A stretch of DNA of 64,000 nucleotides from Tagaea sp. (GTDB taxonomy: Bacteria > Pseudomonadota > Alphaproteobacteria > CACIAM-22H2), in contig CBDIIB010000004.1 of NCBI GenBank assembly GCA_965279525.1, positions 448,001 through 512,000 on the forward strand, in the 5' to 3' direction. A program made the position numbers and the translations under genes. The notes beneath the pieces were generated by a model. That model did no database searches and was not told where the DNA came from. It worked only from the letters and a program-made list of their open reading frames with translations. Of the stretch, positions 29,125-40,608 are shown in pieces; the stretch's first letter is position 1, and each line of letters opens with the position of its first letter.

Positions 29125-31266
29125 TTGAACGGCGAGCCCAAACTGCAAGACCCGGTCCCAGCAGCCGACATGGCCGAAGGCCGCTATATCAACCGCGAGC
29201 TTTCGTGGCTGGCATTCAACGAGCGAGTCATCGAGGAATGCGGTAACACGGCTCACCCGCTGCTCGAACGGCTGCGATTCCTGTCGATTTCGGCCAGCAA
29301 CCTGGACGAATTCTACATGGTGCGCGTCGCCGGCCTGAAGGGCCAGGTCGAGGCCGGCGTCACCCAACCGTCGGACGACGGTCTCACGCCGGCCCAGCAG
29401 CTCGTCGCGGTCCACCGCCGGGCGGCCATGCTGATGGCGACCCAGCAGACGGTGTGGCTCGAACTGGTCGTTGAACTGCGCAAGGCCGGAGTCTCGGTCG
29501 TGGGGGCTTCCGAACTCACGGCCGACGACCGCGGCTGGCTTGCCCGGCGTTTCGCCGAGCAGATCTTCCCTGTCCTGACGCCGCTGGCGATCGATCCGGC
29601 GCACCCGTTCCCGTTCATCGCGAACAAGGGGCTGGCGCTGGTGATGCAGCTCGTTGCGCGCAAGGACAAGCGCATCCTCCAGGCGCTGATCCCGGTGCCA
29701 CATCAGGTGGACAGGTTCGTGCGCCTGCCCGGCGACACGATCCGCTTCGTGCCGGTCGAGGACGTCATCTTCATGCATCTCGACCGGCTGTTTCCCGGCT
29801 ACGAGCTGCGCAGTTCCGGCCGCTTCCGCCTGTTGCGCGACAGCGAACTTGAAGTCGACGAAGAAGCAGAAGACCTCGTGCGGGTGTTCGAGAGTGCGCT
29901 CAAGCGCCGCCGGCGCGGCGTGGTCATCCGGCTCGCGGTCGACGAAGGCATGCCCGAGGATCTCCAGCAGTTCGTCCTCGACGAGCTGCAGGTCAAGCGC
30001 GAGGACTGCTTCCGCCTCGGGGGCATGCTCGGCATGGCGGATCTCAAGCAGCTCATCGTTTCCGACAGGCCCGATCTTCAGTTCCCGCCGTACAATCCGC
30101 GCTTTCCCGAACGCATCCGCGATTTCGGCGGTGACTGCTTCGCCGCCATCCGACACAAGGACATCGTCGTCCACCACCCCTACGAAAGCTTCGACGTGGT
30201 CGTCCAGTTCCTGCGCCAGGCGGCGCGCGATCCGGCGGTCGTGGCGATCAAGCAGACGCTCTATCGCACGTCGGATAACTCGCCCATCGTCCGCGCGCTG
30301 GTCGAGGCGGCGGAATCGGGCAAGACCGTCACGGCGATGGTCGAGCTCAAGGCGCGCTTCGACGAGGAAGCGAACATCCGCTGGGCACGCGATCTCGAAC
30401 GGGCGGGGGCACAGGTCGTCTACGGCTTCATCGATCTGAAGACGCACGCGAAGATCTCGTACGTCGTGCGCCGCGAGGCCGGCGGCATGCGCGCCTATGC
30501 CCATTTCGGCACGGGCAACTACCACCCGATCACCGCGCGCATCTATACCGACTTCTCGTTCTTTTCGTGCGATCCGGCCCTGTGCAACGACGCGGCACGT
30601 CTGTTCAACTTCATGACCGGCTACGCCACGCCCGAGGCGATGGAGAAGCTCGCGTTTGCGCCGCTCACGCTGCGCAAGACGCTTGTCCGACTGATCGACG
30701 ACGAGATCGCACATGCAAAAGCCGGTCGCCCGGCCGCGATCTGGGCGAAGATGAACTCGGTCGTCTGCCCGAAGATCATCGAGAAACTGTACGAGGCGAG
30801 CGAGGCCGGCGTGCAGATCGACCTCATCGTTCGCGGCATCTGCTGTCTCAGGCCCGGCGTCAAGGGCATGTCGTCGAACATCCGCGTGCGCAGCCTCGTC
30901 GGCCGCTTCCTCGAACACGGTCGCGTGGCATGCTTCGGCAACGGCTTCGGTCTGCCCAACCCGCGCTCAAAGGTCTTCATCTCGTCGGCCGACTGGATGC
31001 CCCGCAATCTTGACGGCCGCGTCGAAAGCTTCGTGCCGATCGAGAACCCGACGGTCCACGAGCAGATCCAGGACCAGATCATGGTGGCGAATCTGCGTGA
31101 CGTGAAGCAGAGTTGGGCGCTCGATTCGGAAGGCGCCTACACGCGCCTGCCGGCGGGTCCGGACGCGTTCAGCGCCCACCATTTCTTCATGACGAACCCC
31201 AGCCTCTCCGGCCGGGGAAGCGCTTTGCGCAAGGCCGACAAGTCGAAGGTAAAGGTCGTCACCTGA
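29125..31266 (+). CDS. ppk1: Polyphosphate kinase 1
   Basis: [46 protein letters not shown]; start may be ATG 29170. Confidence 0.96.
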   Translation: MNGEPKLQDPVPAADMAEGRYINRELSWLAFNERVIEECGNTAHPLLERLRFLSISASNLDEFYMVRVAGLKGQVEAGVTQPSDDGLTPAQQLVAVHRRAAMLMATQQTVWLELVVELRKAGVSVVGASELTADDRGWLARRFAEQIFPVLTPLAIDPAHPFPFIANKGLALVMQLVARKDKRILQALIPVPHQVDRFVRLPGDTIRFVPVEDVIFMHLDRLFPGYELRSSGRFRLLRDSELEVDEEAEDLVRVFESALKRRRRGVVIRLAVDEGMPEDLQQFVLDELQVKREDCFRLGGMLGMADLKQLIVSDRPDLQFPPYNPRFPERIRDFGGDCFAAIRHKDIVVHHPYESFDVVVQFLRQAARDPAVVAIKQTLYRTSDNSPIVRALVEAAESGKTVTAMVELKARFDEEANIRWARDLERAGAQVVYGFIDLKTHAKISYVVRREAGGMRAYAHFGTGNYHPITARIYTDFSFFSCDPALCNDAARLFNFMTGYATPEAMEKLAFAPLTLRKTLVRLIDDEIAHAKAGRPAAIWAKMNSVVCPKIIEKLYEASEAGVQIDLIVRGICCLRPGVKGMSSNIRVRSLVGRFLEHGRVACFGNGFGLPNPRSKVFISSADWMPRNLDGRVESFVPIENPTVHEQIQDQIMVANLRDVKQSWALDSEGAYTRLPAGPDAFSAHHFFMTNPSLSGRGSALRKADKSKVKVVT

Positions 31267-31276
31267 TGCCGGTTCC

Positions 31277-32773
31277 ATGACTGCACGACGGTCGCGCAAG
31301 CCAGACAGTTTCGACCGCCGCCCGGTCGCCGTCGTCGACATCGGGTCCAACTCGATCCGCCTCGTCGTGTTCGACGGCACGAGCCGCGTGCCGCTGCCGC
31401 TGTTCAACGAGAAGGTCCTGTCCGGTCTCGGTCGCGGTCTGGAGCGGACCGGCGAACTCGACGCCGAGGGCATGGAATCGGCGCTCCAGAACCTCCGCCG
31501 CTTCGCCGAGCTCATCAAGGCGATGGGCGTTCGCAAGACCTTTGCACTCGCCACCGCTGCGGCGCGCGATGCCAGCAACGGGCCCGAGTTCGTCCGGCTC
31601 GTGCGCAATACGACCGGGCTGCCCGTCGTGGTGCTGTCGGGGCGCGAAGAGGCGCGGCTGTCCGCCCTTGGCGTGATCGCCGGCACGCCCGAAGCGACCG
31701 GAGCCATGGGCGATCTTGGCGGCGGAAGCCTGGAGCTTGTCGGCCTCTCCGACGGGCGGGCCGATCGTTACGCGACGCTGCCGCTGGGGCCGCTCCGGCT
31801 GCGCGAAGTGGCCGAGCGCAACCGCGGCCAGCTGATCGCGATGATCGACGACCATCTGCACGAGTTGGGATTCCTGCGCGCCGCGCGCGGGCAGGATTTC
31901 TACGCGGTCGGCGGGGCATGGCGCGCACTCGCCAAGCTCCACATGTCGCACAACAACTACGCGCTCGAAGTCATCCACCATTACGCCATCCGGCGCGACG
32001 CGGCGATCGAGTTCCTCGGGCTCGTGGCCACCCAGAGCCGTGCTTCGCTCGAAGGCTTTACCGGCGTGTCGCGCAAGCGCATCGAGACGCTGCCTCTGGC
32101 CGCCCTCGTGCTCGAGCGCACGCTGCGCCGGATCAAGCCCGAGCGGCTTGTCTTTTCCGCCTACGGGCTGCGCGAAGGCTGCCTTTACGATTCGCTGCCC
32201 GCGAAGCTCAAGCGCGTCGACCCGCTTCTGTCCGGCGCACGCGCGATGCTGGAGGGCAACCGGCGCTATAAGGTCGATCCCGAGACGCTGGCCGATTGGA
32301 TCGAGCCGCTTTTCAAGGACAAGTCGCGCGCGCGCCTGCGGCTCGCGACCTGCCATCTTGCCGACATCGCGTGGAACGAGCATCCCGACCATCGCGGCGA
32401 GATCGCGTTCACGCGGGCACTCTACATGCCGGTCGCCGGCATCGACCATCCGGGGCGCGCCTATGTGGCGCTGGCGCTTTTCGCGCGTTACGAAGGCCAG
32501 CCCGATCCGGATACGACGCGTGCGGCCTGGTACCTGCTCGACGAGGAGAGCCTGCGCGAGGCCTATCAGCTGGGGCTGGCGCTGCGCGTCGCCTATCGCC
32601 TCACCGGCGGTGCCGCATCGGTGTTCGCCCGGTGCAAGCTCAAGCTCACCGCGAAGGACATCGTGCTCGGCATTCCCAAACGCATGGGCGGCATGGTCGG
32701 CGAGCTCGTTGGCCGCCGGATGGAAGCGCTGGGTCGCGCACTCGACCGCCGGCCGGTCATCAAGTTGCGCTGA
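31277..32773 (+). CDS. ppx: Exopolyphosphatase Ppx/GppA
   Basis: DIGSNSIRL, EEARL, DLGGGSLE, GLREG. Confidence 0.94.
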   Translation: MTARRSRKPDSFDRRPVAVVDIGSNSIRLVVFDGTSRVPLPLFNEKVLSGLGRGLERTGELDAEGMESALQNLRRFAELIKAMGVRKTFALATAAARDASNGPEFVRLVRNTTGLPVVVLSGREEARLSALGVIAGTPEATGAMGDLGGGSLELVGLSDGRADRYATLPLGPLRLREVAERNRGQLIAMIDDHLHELGFLRAARGQDFYAVGGAWRALAKLHMSHNNYALEVIHHYAIRRDAAIEFLGLVATQSRASLEGFTGVSRKRIETLPLAALVLERTLRRIKPERLVFSAYGLREGCLYDSLPAKLKRVDPLLSGARAMLEGNRRYKVDPETLADWIEPLFKDKSRARLRLATCHLADIAWNEHPDHRGEIAFTRALYMPVAGIDHPGRAYVALALFARYEGQPDPDTTRAAWYLLDEESLREAYQLGLALRVAYRLTGGAASVFARCKLKLTAKDIVLGIPKRMGGMVGELVGRRMEALGRALDRRPVIKLR

Positions 32774-33516
32774 TGAAGCCTGTCTGCCTTCTCGTCCTGG
32801 CCGCGGGCCTGGCTCTCGGCGCATGCGCGGCACGCATCGCGCCCGTGCCGCAGCCGATCGAGCGTTTCGTGTCGACGATCGATCCCGGCGGTTCGGGTCC
32901 GCACGCGGCGGCGATCCTTGTTCCCGGCTGCGAGGGCGTGGGTCCCCATGTCGCGTTCGCGGCCGAACGGCTGGCACGCGAAAGCTTCGTGGTGCTGACG
33001 CTCGACTATCCGGCCGCCTACGGCCTCGATGGCGGATGCGACCGGGCGCCGGTCGATGCCATCGGCGACGACATCGCGCGCACCGCGGCCGGCCTGCGCC
33101 GCCAGGCGAATATCGATCCCGCACGGCTCCATCTGGTCGGCTGGGCGGAAGGCGGGGCAGGGATCATGGCGGCCCTCGGCAATTCCACGCGCGCGGGCCG
33201 CATCGCGGCGCGATCGGCGGCGGCGTTTTACCCGACCTGCCGGCAGATCGTCAGTTGGCGGTCCGAAATCCCGTTCCTGATGCTGCTGGCCGACAGCGAC
33301 AGCGGGACGTCGCCGCTGGATTGCGTGGCACTGACCGAGCGTTCGTCGGGAGCCGACAAGGTGCTGGCGATCCGCTACGGCGGGGCGACGAACCGCTTCG
33401 ACGTGGATACGCCCCGGCGCTTCTGGCAGTGGAACGCCGGGCGGTTCGACGCAGGCATCCGCGATGCCGCGTTCAACGACCTGCTGTCGTTCCTCGGCGT
33501 GCCGAAGGCACCCTAG
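32773..33516 (+). CDS. Dienelactone-hydrolase-fold lipoprotein with degenerate catalytic triad
   Basis: Lipobox LGAC; GWAEGG at nucleophile elbow; AFYPTC; YGGATNRFD; TGATG coupling to ppx. Confidence 0.7.
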   Translation: MKPVCLLVLAAGLALGACAARIAPVPQPIERFVSTIDPGGSGPHAAAILVPGCEGVGPHVAFAAERLARESFVVLTLDYPAAYGLDGGCDRAPVDAIGDDIARTAAGLRRQANIDPARLHLVGWAEGGAGIMAALGNSTRAGRIAARSAAAFYPTCRQIVSWRSEIPFLMLLADSDSGTSPLDCVALTERSSGADKVLAIRYGGATNRFDVDTPRRFWQWNAGRFDAGIRDAAFNDLLSFLGVPKAP

Positions 33517-34661
33517 AGCGTCAGCAGGACGATCTTCTTGCCCTTGAGGGTGAAGGCGAGCTTGCCCGTCTTCAGGTCGATGGCGGCATTGCCGAACACC
33601 TCGCGCCGCCAGCCGTTCATCGCCGGCACGTCGGCCGCGTCGTCGGCCGCGATGCGTTCGAGGTCGGCGGTATTGGCGACGAGCTTCTGCGCCACACCCT
33701 GCTCTTCGCACTTCATCTTGAGCAGCACCTTGAGAAGCTCGACGACCGGCCCAAGCCCCGGCGGCAGGTCCGGCTGGTCGGGCAGGGTCGGGATCTCGGC
33801 GGGGGCAAGCGAAAGCCCGCGCTTGACCGCATCGAGCAGGTCCTGCCCGTGCCGCCCGTCGGCGAAATTCTTCGACAGGCCCCGCATGCGCGCAAGATCG
33901 TCGAGCGTGGTGGGCGCGTGCGCGCAAAGATCGAGGATCGTTTCGTCGCGGACGACGCGGTTGCGCGGCGTGTCGCGGCGCTGGGCCTCGCGCTCGCGCC
34001 ACGCGCAGACTTCCTTCATCACGGCGAGGAACTTGGGCTTGGCGCCGCGCGGGCGCATGCGCCGCCACACTTCCTCGGGATCGACCTTGTAGGTGGCGGG
34101 GTCGAGGAGGGTGGCCATCTCCTCTTGCAGCCAGCCGGCACGCCCGTTGGCCGCCAGCTTGCGCGCCAGCGCCTCGTAGGCCGGGCGCAGATGCGTGACG
34201 TCCGACAGGGCGTAGGTGACCTGGCGTTCGGACAGCGGGCGCTGGGCCCAGTCGGTGAAGCGCACCGACTTGTCGATGCGTGCACGGGCGAGCTGGGCGG
34301 CAAGGGTCTCGTAGCTGACCTGGTCGCCGAAGCCGCAGACCATCGCGGCGACCTGGGTATCGAACAGCGGCGAGGGGACGCGGCCGGCCAGATTGAAGAA
34401 GATTTCCAGGTCCTGGCGGGCGGCATGGAAGACCTTGAGGATCCCCGGCTCGTCCATCAGCGCAAGCAGCGGTGCCAAGTCGAGCCCGGGGGCGAGCGCG
34501 TCGATGACGGCCGCATCGTCGGGTCCTGCGACCTGGACAAGGCAGAGCTGCGGATAATAGGTCCGGTCCCGCATGAACTCGGTATCCACGGTGACGTAGC
34601 TCGACCGGGAAACCTTGGCGCAGAATGCCGCCAGATCGGCGGACTCGGAAATCAACGTCAT
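33513..34661 (-). CDS. rnd: Ribonuclease D
   Basis: VDTEFMR, FHAARQD, FDTQ, YALSDV, HRDC domain. Confidence 0.95.
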   Translation of the reverse strand: MTLISESADLAAFCAKVSRSSYVTVDTEFMRDRTYYPQLCLVQVAGPDDAAVIDALAPGLDLAPLLALMDEPGILKVFHAARQDLEIFFNLAGRVPSPLFDTQVAAMVCGFGDQVSYETLAAQLARARIDKSVRFTDWAQRPLSERQVTYALSDVTHLRPAYEALARKLAANGRAGWLQEEMATLLDPATYKVDPEEVWRRMRPRGAKPKFLAVMKEVCAWREREAQRRDTPRNRVVRDETILDLCAHAPTTLDDLARMRGLSKNFADGRHGQDLLDAVKRGLSLAPAEIPTLPDQPDLPPGLGPVVELLKVLLKMKCEEQGVAQKLVANTADLERIAADDAADVPAMNGWRREVFGNAAIDLKTGKLAFTLKGKKIVLLTL

Positions 34662-34778
34662 TCCCACTGGTTACACCTCATTCGCACCCCCCTCAAGGAC
34701 GAAACCCCGAGGGGTTGACAAGCAGGGGCGCGACATGCGCCTTTTCCCCCCGGATTTGCTTCAAGGAATCGCCCCTCC

Positions 34779-36569
34779 ATGCACGCCTATCGCACCCACA
34801 CTTGCGGCCAGCTTCGCCGCGAGAACGTCGACCAGACCGTCCGCCTCTCCGGCTGGGTCCATCGCAAGCGGGACCACGGCCAGCTGCTGTTCGTCGACCT
34901 CCGCGACCATTACGGCATCACCCAGTGTGTGCTCGACACGTCGAGCCCGCTTTTCGCCGCCGTCGAGGGATTCCGCCCCGAAAGCGTGATCACGGTCACC
35001 GGCCGGGTCGTCGCGCGCATCGCCGAGACGGTCAATTCCAAGCTGCCGACCGGCGAGATCGAAGTGCGCGTCGACGAAGTGACGCTCCAGTCCGCTTCCG
35101 AAGTGCTGCCCTTCCAGGTGGCGCAGGAGGAGGACTATCCCGAGGAGATGCGCCTCAAGTACCGCTTCCTCGACCTGCGCTCGGAGCGCCTGCACGCCAA
35201 TATCGTGCTGCGTTCGAACGTCATCGCGTCGATCCGCCGGCGCATGATCGAGCAGGGTTTCACCGAATTCCAGACGCCGATCCTGACCTCGTCCTCGCCG
35301 GAGGGAGCGCGCGACTATCTGGTGCCCTCGCGCCTGCATCCGGGCAAGTTCTACGCGTTGCCGCAGGCCCCGCAGCAGTTCAAGCAGCTGCTGATGGTCT
35401 CCGGCTTCGACCGCTATTTCCAGATCGCCCCCTGCTTCCGCGACGAGGATGCCCGCGCCGACCGTAGCCCGGGCGAGTTCTACCAGCTCGACTTCGAGAT
35501 GAGCTTCGTGACGCAGGAAGACGTGTTCGACGCGATCGAACCCGTGCTGGCCGGCGTGTTCCGCGAGTTCGCGCGCGGCCGAAAGGTCGACGACGGCCGC
35601 TTCCCGCGCATCCCCTACGACGAATCGATGCTGAAATACGGATCGGACAAGCCGGACTTGCGCAATCCGCTGGTCATCGCGGATGTCACGTCGGTGTTCG
35701 CCGGATCCGACTTCAAGGTGTTTTCGGGCATCGCCGCCGCAGGCGGGACCGTGCGCGCGATCCCGGCACCCAAGACCGCCGACCGCCCGCGCAGCTTCTT
35801 CGACAAGATGAACGCCTGGGCGCAGGGCGAGGGGGCACCCGGCCTCGGCTACATCGTGTTCGAGGGCGAACAGGCCAAGGGGCCGATCGCCAAGTTCCTC
35901 GATGCCGACCGGATGGCGAAGCTCAAGGCGGCGGCCGGCGTGGGGCCGGGCGATGCCGTGTTCTTCGTCGCCGACAAGAAGCCGCTGGCGGCAGCCAAGC
36001 TTGCCGGTGCCGCCCGCCGCAAGCTCGGCGAGGAGCTCGAGCTGATCGCACCGGGCACGTTCCGCTTCTGCTGGATCGTCGACTTCCCGATGTACGAACT
36101 CGACGAGGAGACGGGCAAGATCGACTTCAGCCACAATCCGTTCTCGATGCCGCAGGGTGGCCTCGAAGCGCTGACGACCAAGGATCCGCTGACGATCAAG
36201 GCGTTCCAGTACGACATCGTGTGCAACGGCGTCGAACTGTCCTCGGGTGCCATCCGCAACCATCTGCCGGAGATCATGTACAAGGCGTTCGAGATCGCCG
36301 GCTACACGCAGGCCGACGTCGAGACACGCTTTGGCGGCATGCTGAACGCGTTCAAGTTCGGTGCCCCGCCGCACGGCGGTTCGGCGCCCGGGATCGACCG
36401 CATCGTCATGCTGCTGGCCGACGAGCCGAACATCCGCGAGGTTGTCGCTTTCCCGATGACGCAGGGGGCCGTCGATCTGCTGATGCAGGCGCCAAATTCG
36501 GTCGATCCGGCCCGCCTCAAGGAGCTGCACATCAAGCACGAGCTGCCGCCGGCCAAGAAAAAGGACTGA
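34779..36569 (+). CDS. aspS: Aspartate--tRNA ligase
   Basis: [41 protein letters not shown]. Confidence 0.97.
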   Translation: MHAYRTHTCGQLRRENVDQTVRLSGWVHRKRDHGQLLFVDLRDHYGITQCVLDTSSPLFAAVEGFRPESVITVTGRVVARIAETVNSKLPTGEIEVRVDEVTLQSASEVLPFQVAQEEDYPEEMRLKYRFLDLRSERLHANIVLRSNVIASIRRRMIEQGFTEFQTPILTSSSPEGARDYLVPSRLHPGKFYALPQAPQQFKQLLMVSGFDRYFQIAPCFRDEDARADRSPGEFYQLDFEMSFVTQEDVFDAIEPVLAGVFREFARGRKVDDGRFPRIPYDESMLKYGSDKPDLRNPLVIADVTSVFAGSDFKVFSGIAAAGGTVRAIPAPKTADRPRSFFDKMNAWAQGEGAPGLGYIVFEGEQAKGPIAKFLDADRMAKLKAAAGVGPGDAVFFVADKKPLAAAKLAGAARRKLGEELELIAPGTFRFCWIVDFPMYELDEETGKIDFSHNPFSMPQGGLEALTTKDPLTIKAFQYDIVCNGVELSSGAIRNHLPEIMYKAFEIAGYTQADVETRFGGMLNAFKFGAPPHGGSAPGIDRIVMLLADEPNIREVVAFPMTQGAVDLLMQAPNSVDPARLKELHIKHELPPAKKKD

Positions 36570-36649
36570 CCGGGGCCGCCCGCCCGGACTGGCAATCGGC
36601 CCTTATTGCGCCATATTGGTGCCGGAAAGTGTCGATCCTGGAGCCCCGA

Positions 36650-37441
36650 ATGCGCCTGACACGTCTCTGCACCGCAATTGCCGCAGCGCTGCTTTTCAGC
36701 GCGTCCGCGCATGCGCAGACGATCGCCCCGCATCGCGCCGCCTATTCGCTGTCGCTTGGCGAAGGCCGCAGCGGCGGCGTGGGGTCGATCGACGGCGCGC
36801 TCGTGATCGACTGGGGCGAGGTGTGCGAAGGCTGGACGATTTCCCAGCGCATGCGCTTCCGCATGAGCGGCGGCGCCGGCGGCGACGTCGATTCGGACAT
36901 TTCCTTCTCGAGTTTCGAATCGCGCGACGGGCGCAACTATCGCTTTTCGCTGCGCACCTCGCGCGACGGCGAGGTGGTGGAAGACCTGCGCGGCCGGGCG
37001 GAGCTCGATCCCGACAAGGGCGGCATGGCCGAATTCTCGACCCCCGACACGACGATCGTGCTGCCGCCGGGCACGATGTTCCCGACGGCGCATTCGCTGC
37101 TGCTGATCAATCTCGCCGAAGGCGGGGAGCGTCTCGTCACGCGCGCGGTGTTCGACGGGGCGACGCTCGACGGCGCGCTCGACGTGTCCGCGATCATCGG
37201 CGACCGGACGCCGGTCGATCCGAAGCTTGCCGCACGCGCGCCTGCCGTGGGTGCGCGCCCGAGCTGGCGCGTGCGCATGGCGTACTTCAATCCCGACGAC
37301 AAGTCGGGTACGCCCACCTATGAAACGTCGATGCGCATGCTGGACAACGCGGTCGCGTCCGAATACTCGTTCGAGTATCCGGAATTCAGCATCCGCGCGA
37401 AACTCGAACGCCTCGACGCGCTCCCGAAGCCGAACTGCTGA
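36650..37441 (+). CDS. eipB: Cell envelope integrity protein EipB (DUF1849)
   Basis: Signal peptide, PHRAAYSL, CEGW, FPTAH, FDG, C-terminal Cys. Confidence 0.8.
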   Translation: MRLTRLCTAIAAALLFSASAHAQTIAPHRAAYSLSLGEGRSGGVGSIDGALVIDWGEVCEGWTISQRMRFRMSGGAGGDVDSDISFSSFESRDGRNYRFSLRTSRDGEVVEDLRGRAELDPDKGGMAEFSTPDTTIVLPPGTMFPTAHSLLLINLAEGGERLVTRAVFDGATLDGALDVSAIIGDRTPVDPKLAARAPAVGARPSWRVRMAYFNPDDKSGTPTYETSMRMLDNAVASEYSFEYPEFSIRAKLERLDALPKPNC

Positions 37442-37451
37442 TCGCCAGGGG

Positions 37452-38360
37452 TCAGGCCGGCCAGAGCCAGGCCGCGCCGCGCACGCCGCTTGAATCGCCG
37501 TGCAAGTTGCGCACGAGGCGTGTGGCGATCGTATCGGAAAAGACGAACTTCGCGAGCAGGGACGGGACGGTCTCGTAGAGATAGTCGAGATTCGAAAGCC
37601 CGCCACCCAGCACGATCACTTCCGGATCGAAGATATTGATGACGGTTCCGAGTGCCCGCGCGAGCCTGTCCGCGTAGCGCGCCAGCGTGGCGCGCGCGTC
37701 GGCATCGCCGGCGGCTGCGGTTTCCACGATCTCGCGCGTCGTGCATTTGCGCCCGGTCGCGGCAAGATGGTCGCGTGCCAGGCTCGGACCGGACAGGAAC
37801 GATTCGATGCAGCCGCTCCGTCCGCAATAGCATTGCGGACCGGGCCGCTCGTCGCGGCCATCGATGATGCGGGGTGCGGGCAGGGGATTGTGGCCCCATT
37901 CGCCGGCGATACTGTTGATGCCGACGATCGGCCGCCCTTCATAGACCAGCCCACCGCCCACGCCCGTTCCGATGATGACCCCGAAGACGCTTCGCGCCCC
38001 GGCTGCGGCACCGTCGCTGGCTTCGGACAGGACGAAACAGTCGGCGTCGTTGGCGATGCGGACCGGTCGGCCGATCGCAGCCGCAAGGTCCCTGTCCAGC
38101 GGATGTCCGATCAGCCAGACCGAATTCGCGTTCTTGACCAGACCGGTTGCCGGCGAAATGGTGCCCGGAATGCCGACCCCGACCGACGGGGCGAGCCCGA
38201 GTTCGGCGTCGGCCGAGCGGACCAACTCCGCGAGTGCGGTAACCGTCGCATTGTAGTCGCCCTGGGGGCTGGCGACGCGCCGGCGAAGCCGCAGCGAACC
38301 GTCGTCGGCAAGGGCGGCAATTTCGATTTTGGTGCCGCCGAGATCGATCCCGTATCGCAT
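37452..38360 (-). CDS. ROK-family sugar kinase (Mak/fructokinase-like)
   Basis: [37 protein letters not shown]. Confidence 0.9.
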   Translation of the reverse strand: MRYGIDLGGTKIEIAALADDGSLRLRRRVASPQGDYNATVTALAELVRSADAELGLAPSVGVGIPGTISPATGLVKNANSVWLIGHPLDRDLAAAIGRPVRIANDADCFVLSEASDGAAAGARSVFGVIIGTGVGGGLVYEGRPIVGINSIAGEWGHNPLPAPRIIDGRDERPGPQCYCGRSGCIESFLSGPSLARDHLAATGRKCTTREIVETAAAGDADARATLARYADRLARALGTVINIFDPEVIVLGGGLSNLDYLYETVPSLLAKFVFSDTIATRLVRNLHGDSSGVRGAAWLWPA

Positions 38361-38379
38361 ACGCCTTACAAACTCCAAC

Positions 38380-38395
38380 TTAATATCAGCTTAAC
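38380..38395 (+). promoter_or_regulatory. Perfect CtrA box upstream of divK-pleD
   Basis: TTAA-TATCAGC-TTAAC. Confidence 0.8.
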
Positions 38396-38513
38396 GCTGG
38401 GGCCGTTTCGTGTGGATTTACAGGCTAGTGCGAAGATGCAGGAACATGCTAAATCAACGTCATTGGCCCTTTACCACTCCTGCGGACGGGCCGAAAGCGA
38501 GCTGTGTGAGGCG

Positions 38514-38879
38514 ATGGCAAAAACCGTCCTGATCGTGGAAGACAACGAGCTGAACATCAAGCTCTTCAACGATTTGCTTGAAGCCCATGGCTACGCCACG
38601 CTGCAGACCAAGGACGGCATCGAGGCCATGAAGATGGCCCGCCAGCACCGCCCGGACCTGATCCTGATGGACATCCAGCTTCCCGAGGTCTCGGGTCTGG
38701 AAGTCACGAAGTGGCTCAAGGAAGACCCGGACCTGCGCGGAATTCCGGTCGTCGCCGTCACGGCATTCGCCATGAAGGGCGACGAAGACAAGATCCGTCA
38801 GGGCGGCTGCGAGGCCTATATCGCAAAGCCGATTTCGGTCGCCAAGTTCCTGGAAACCATCCAGCGCTTCCTGAATTGA
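38514..38879 (+). CDS. divK: Cell-cycle response regulator DivK
   Basis: [31 protein letters not shown]; 121 aa; precedes pleD. Confidence 0.96.
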   Translation: MAKTVLIVEDNELNIKLFNDLLEAHGYATLQTKDGIEAMKMARQHRPDLILMDIQLPEVSGLEVTKWLKEDPDLRGIPVVAVTAFAMKGDEDKIRQGGCEAYIAKPISVAKFLETIQRFLN

Positions 38880-38904
38880 AGGGCGCTAGTCGAGGCGGTT
38901 TGTC

Positions 38905-40287
38905 ATGACGGCGCGCGTTCTCGTTGTCGATGACGTGCTTCCGAACGTCAAGCTGCTCGAAGCGCGCCTCAGCTCGGAATACTTCCACGTCATGACCGCC
39001 TATGGCGGCCAGGAAGCGCTCGACAAGGCGTTCCTCAATCCGCCCGACATCGTCCTGCTCGACGTGATGATGCCGCAGATGGACGGCTTCGAGGCCTGCC
39101 GGCGCCTCAAGGCCGATCCGCGCACCTGCCACGTTCCCGTCATCATGGTGACGGCGCTGTCCGCGAGCGAGGACCGCGTGCGCGGCCTCGAGGCCGGCGC
39201 CGACGATTTCCTCACAAAGCCGGTGCGCGATGTCGCGCTCTATGCCCGCATCCGTTCGCTGGTCCGTCTCAAGATGCTGGCCGACGAATGGCGCCTGCGC
39301 AGCGCCACGTCCGGCCGGTTCGGCATGGCGGACGACAGTGCCACGATCCAGGGCGAGATTTCGACCAAGGGTGCTCGGCTGCTGGTGGTGGACGAACAGC
39401 CGGGCCTGACGCGCATGCTCACGCAGAACCTGAAGGGCGAGGATGCCGCCGTCGAGGTGACGGCCGACCCGGCCGACGCGCTCCAGCGGGCCAACCAGTC
39501 GGTCTACGACACGATCATCATCAACACGCTGATGCGCAAGGTCGACGCGCTGCGCCTTTGCGCCGAACTGCGCTCGGGCGAACACACGCGCCAGATGCCG
39601 CTGATGGCCGTGATCGAGGACGGGGACGACGCGCGGCTGGCGCGCGTCCTCGATATCGGCGTCAACGACTACCTGCTCACGCCGGTCGAATCCAACGAGC
39701 TGGTGGCGCGCGTGCGCACGCAGATCCGCCGGCGCCGCTACATGGAGGCCCTGCGCCACAACTACGAGCGCAACATGGCGCTGGCGCTGACGGACGCGCT
39801 GACCGGGCTGCACAACCGGCGCTACATGGAAGCGCATATGGGCAATCTTGCCCAGCGTGCGACGCATTCCGAGCGCACGATGGCGCTGCTGATGATCGAT
39901 ATCGACCACTTCAAGACGGTCAACGACAATTACGGTCACCCGGTCGGCGACCAGGTGCTGCGGGCCGTCGCCGAACGCCTGCAGCACAACGTGCGTCCGT
40001 TCGACACGGTCGCGCGCTGGGGCGGCGAAGAATTCATGGTGGTGATGCCCGAGGCCGACGACAAGGTCGGCCGGGTGGTTGCCGAACGCCTGCGCTCGAA
40101 GGTCGAGCAGGCGCCGATCGTCGTCAACCATCCCGTCGGCAGCATCGCGATCACGATCAGCGTCGGGATCGCCGCAAGCAAGCCCAAGGGCTTCGATCCG
40201 GCCGAGTTGATTCAGGCGGCGGACGCGGCACTTTATCGGGCCAAACAGGCGGGCCGGAACCGGTCCGAGTCTTCGGAAGAGGGCTGA
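38905..40287 (+). CDS. pleD: REC-REC-GGDEF diguanylate cyclase PleD
   Basis: MTARVLVVDD, DVMMP, RPFD I-site, GGEEF. Confidence 0.95.
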   Translation: MTARVLVVDDVLPNVKLLEARLSSEYFHVMTAYGGQEALDKAFLNPPDIVLLDVMMPQMDGFEACRRLKADPRTCHVPVIMVTALSASEDRVRGLEAGADDFLTKPVRDVALYARIRSLVRLKMLADEWRLRSATSGRFGMADDSATIQGEISTKGARLLVVDEQPGLTRMLTQNLKGEDAAVEVTADPADALQRANQSVYDTIIINTLMRKVDALRLCAELRSGEHTRQMPLMAVIEDGDDARLARVLDIGVNDYLLTPVESNELVARVRTQIRRRRYMEALRHNYERNMALALTDALTGLHNRRYMEAHMGNLAQRATHSERTMALLMIDIDHFKTVNDNYGHPVGDQVLRAVAERLQHNVRPFDTVARWGGEEFMVVMPEADDKVGRVVAERLRSKVEQAPIVVNHPVGSIAITISVGIAASKPKGFDPAELIQAADAALYRAKQAGRNRSESSEEG

Positions 40288-40292
40288 AAACG

Positions 40293-40324
40293 AAAAACCG
40301 GGCTGCCGTCGCCGGCACCCGGTT
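40293..40324 (-). terminator. Intrinsic terminator after rpmG
   Basis: AACCGGG-(C)TGCCG/CGGCA-CCCGGTT stem with an A-run that reads as a U-tract on the minus strand; second GC hairpin at ~40337-40358. Confidence 0.6.
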
Positions 40325-40365
40325 GCTCCGTCACCGGCGGCCCCCCCGAGGGGCCGCGGCACCGT

Positions 40366-40533
40366 TTACTTGATCTTGCCTTCCTTGAAGACCACGTGCT
40401 TGCGCGCGACGGGGTCGTACTTCTTGAGCTCGAGCTTTTCCGTCGTCTTGCGCGGATTCTTCTTGGTCACATAGAAGAAGCCGGTGTCGGCGGTGCTGTT
40501 GAGCTTGATGAGCATCGGCTTGGACTTGGCCAT
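40366..40533 (-). CDS. rpmG: 50S ribosomal protein L33 (Cys-free type); absent from ORF track
   Basis: Manual translation [55 protein letters not shown]. Confidence 0.97.
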   Translation of the reverse strand: MAKSKPMLIKLNSTADTGFFYVTKKNPRKTTEKLELKKYDPVARKHVVFKEGKIK

Positions 40534-40575
40534 GGATGGGCCCTCGAAACTGGAGAATTCGTTAATCGGGCCGGG

Positions 40576-40603
40576 ACAATAGCGCCCGGACAGGGGTTGT
40601 CAA
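40576..40603 (-). promoter_or_regulatory. Sigma70 promoter of rpmG
   Basis: TTGACA-N16-TATTGT on the minus strand. Confidence 0.55.
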
Positions 40604-40608
40604 GCCGG

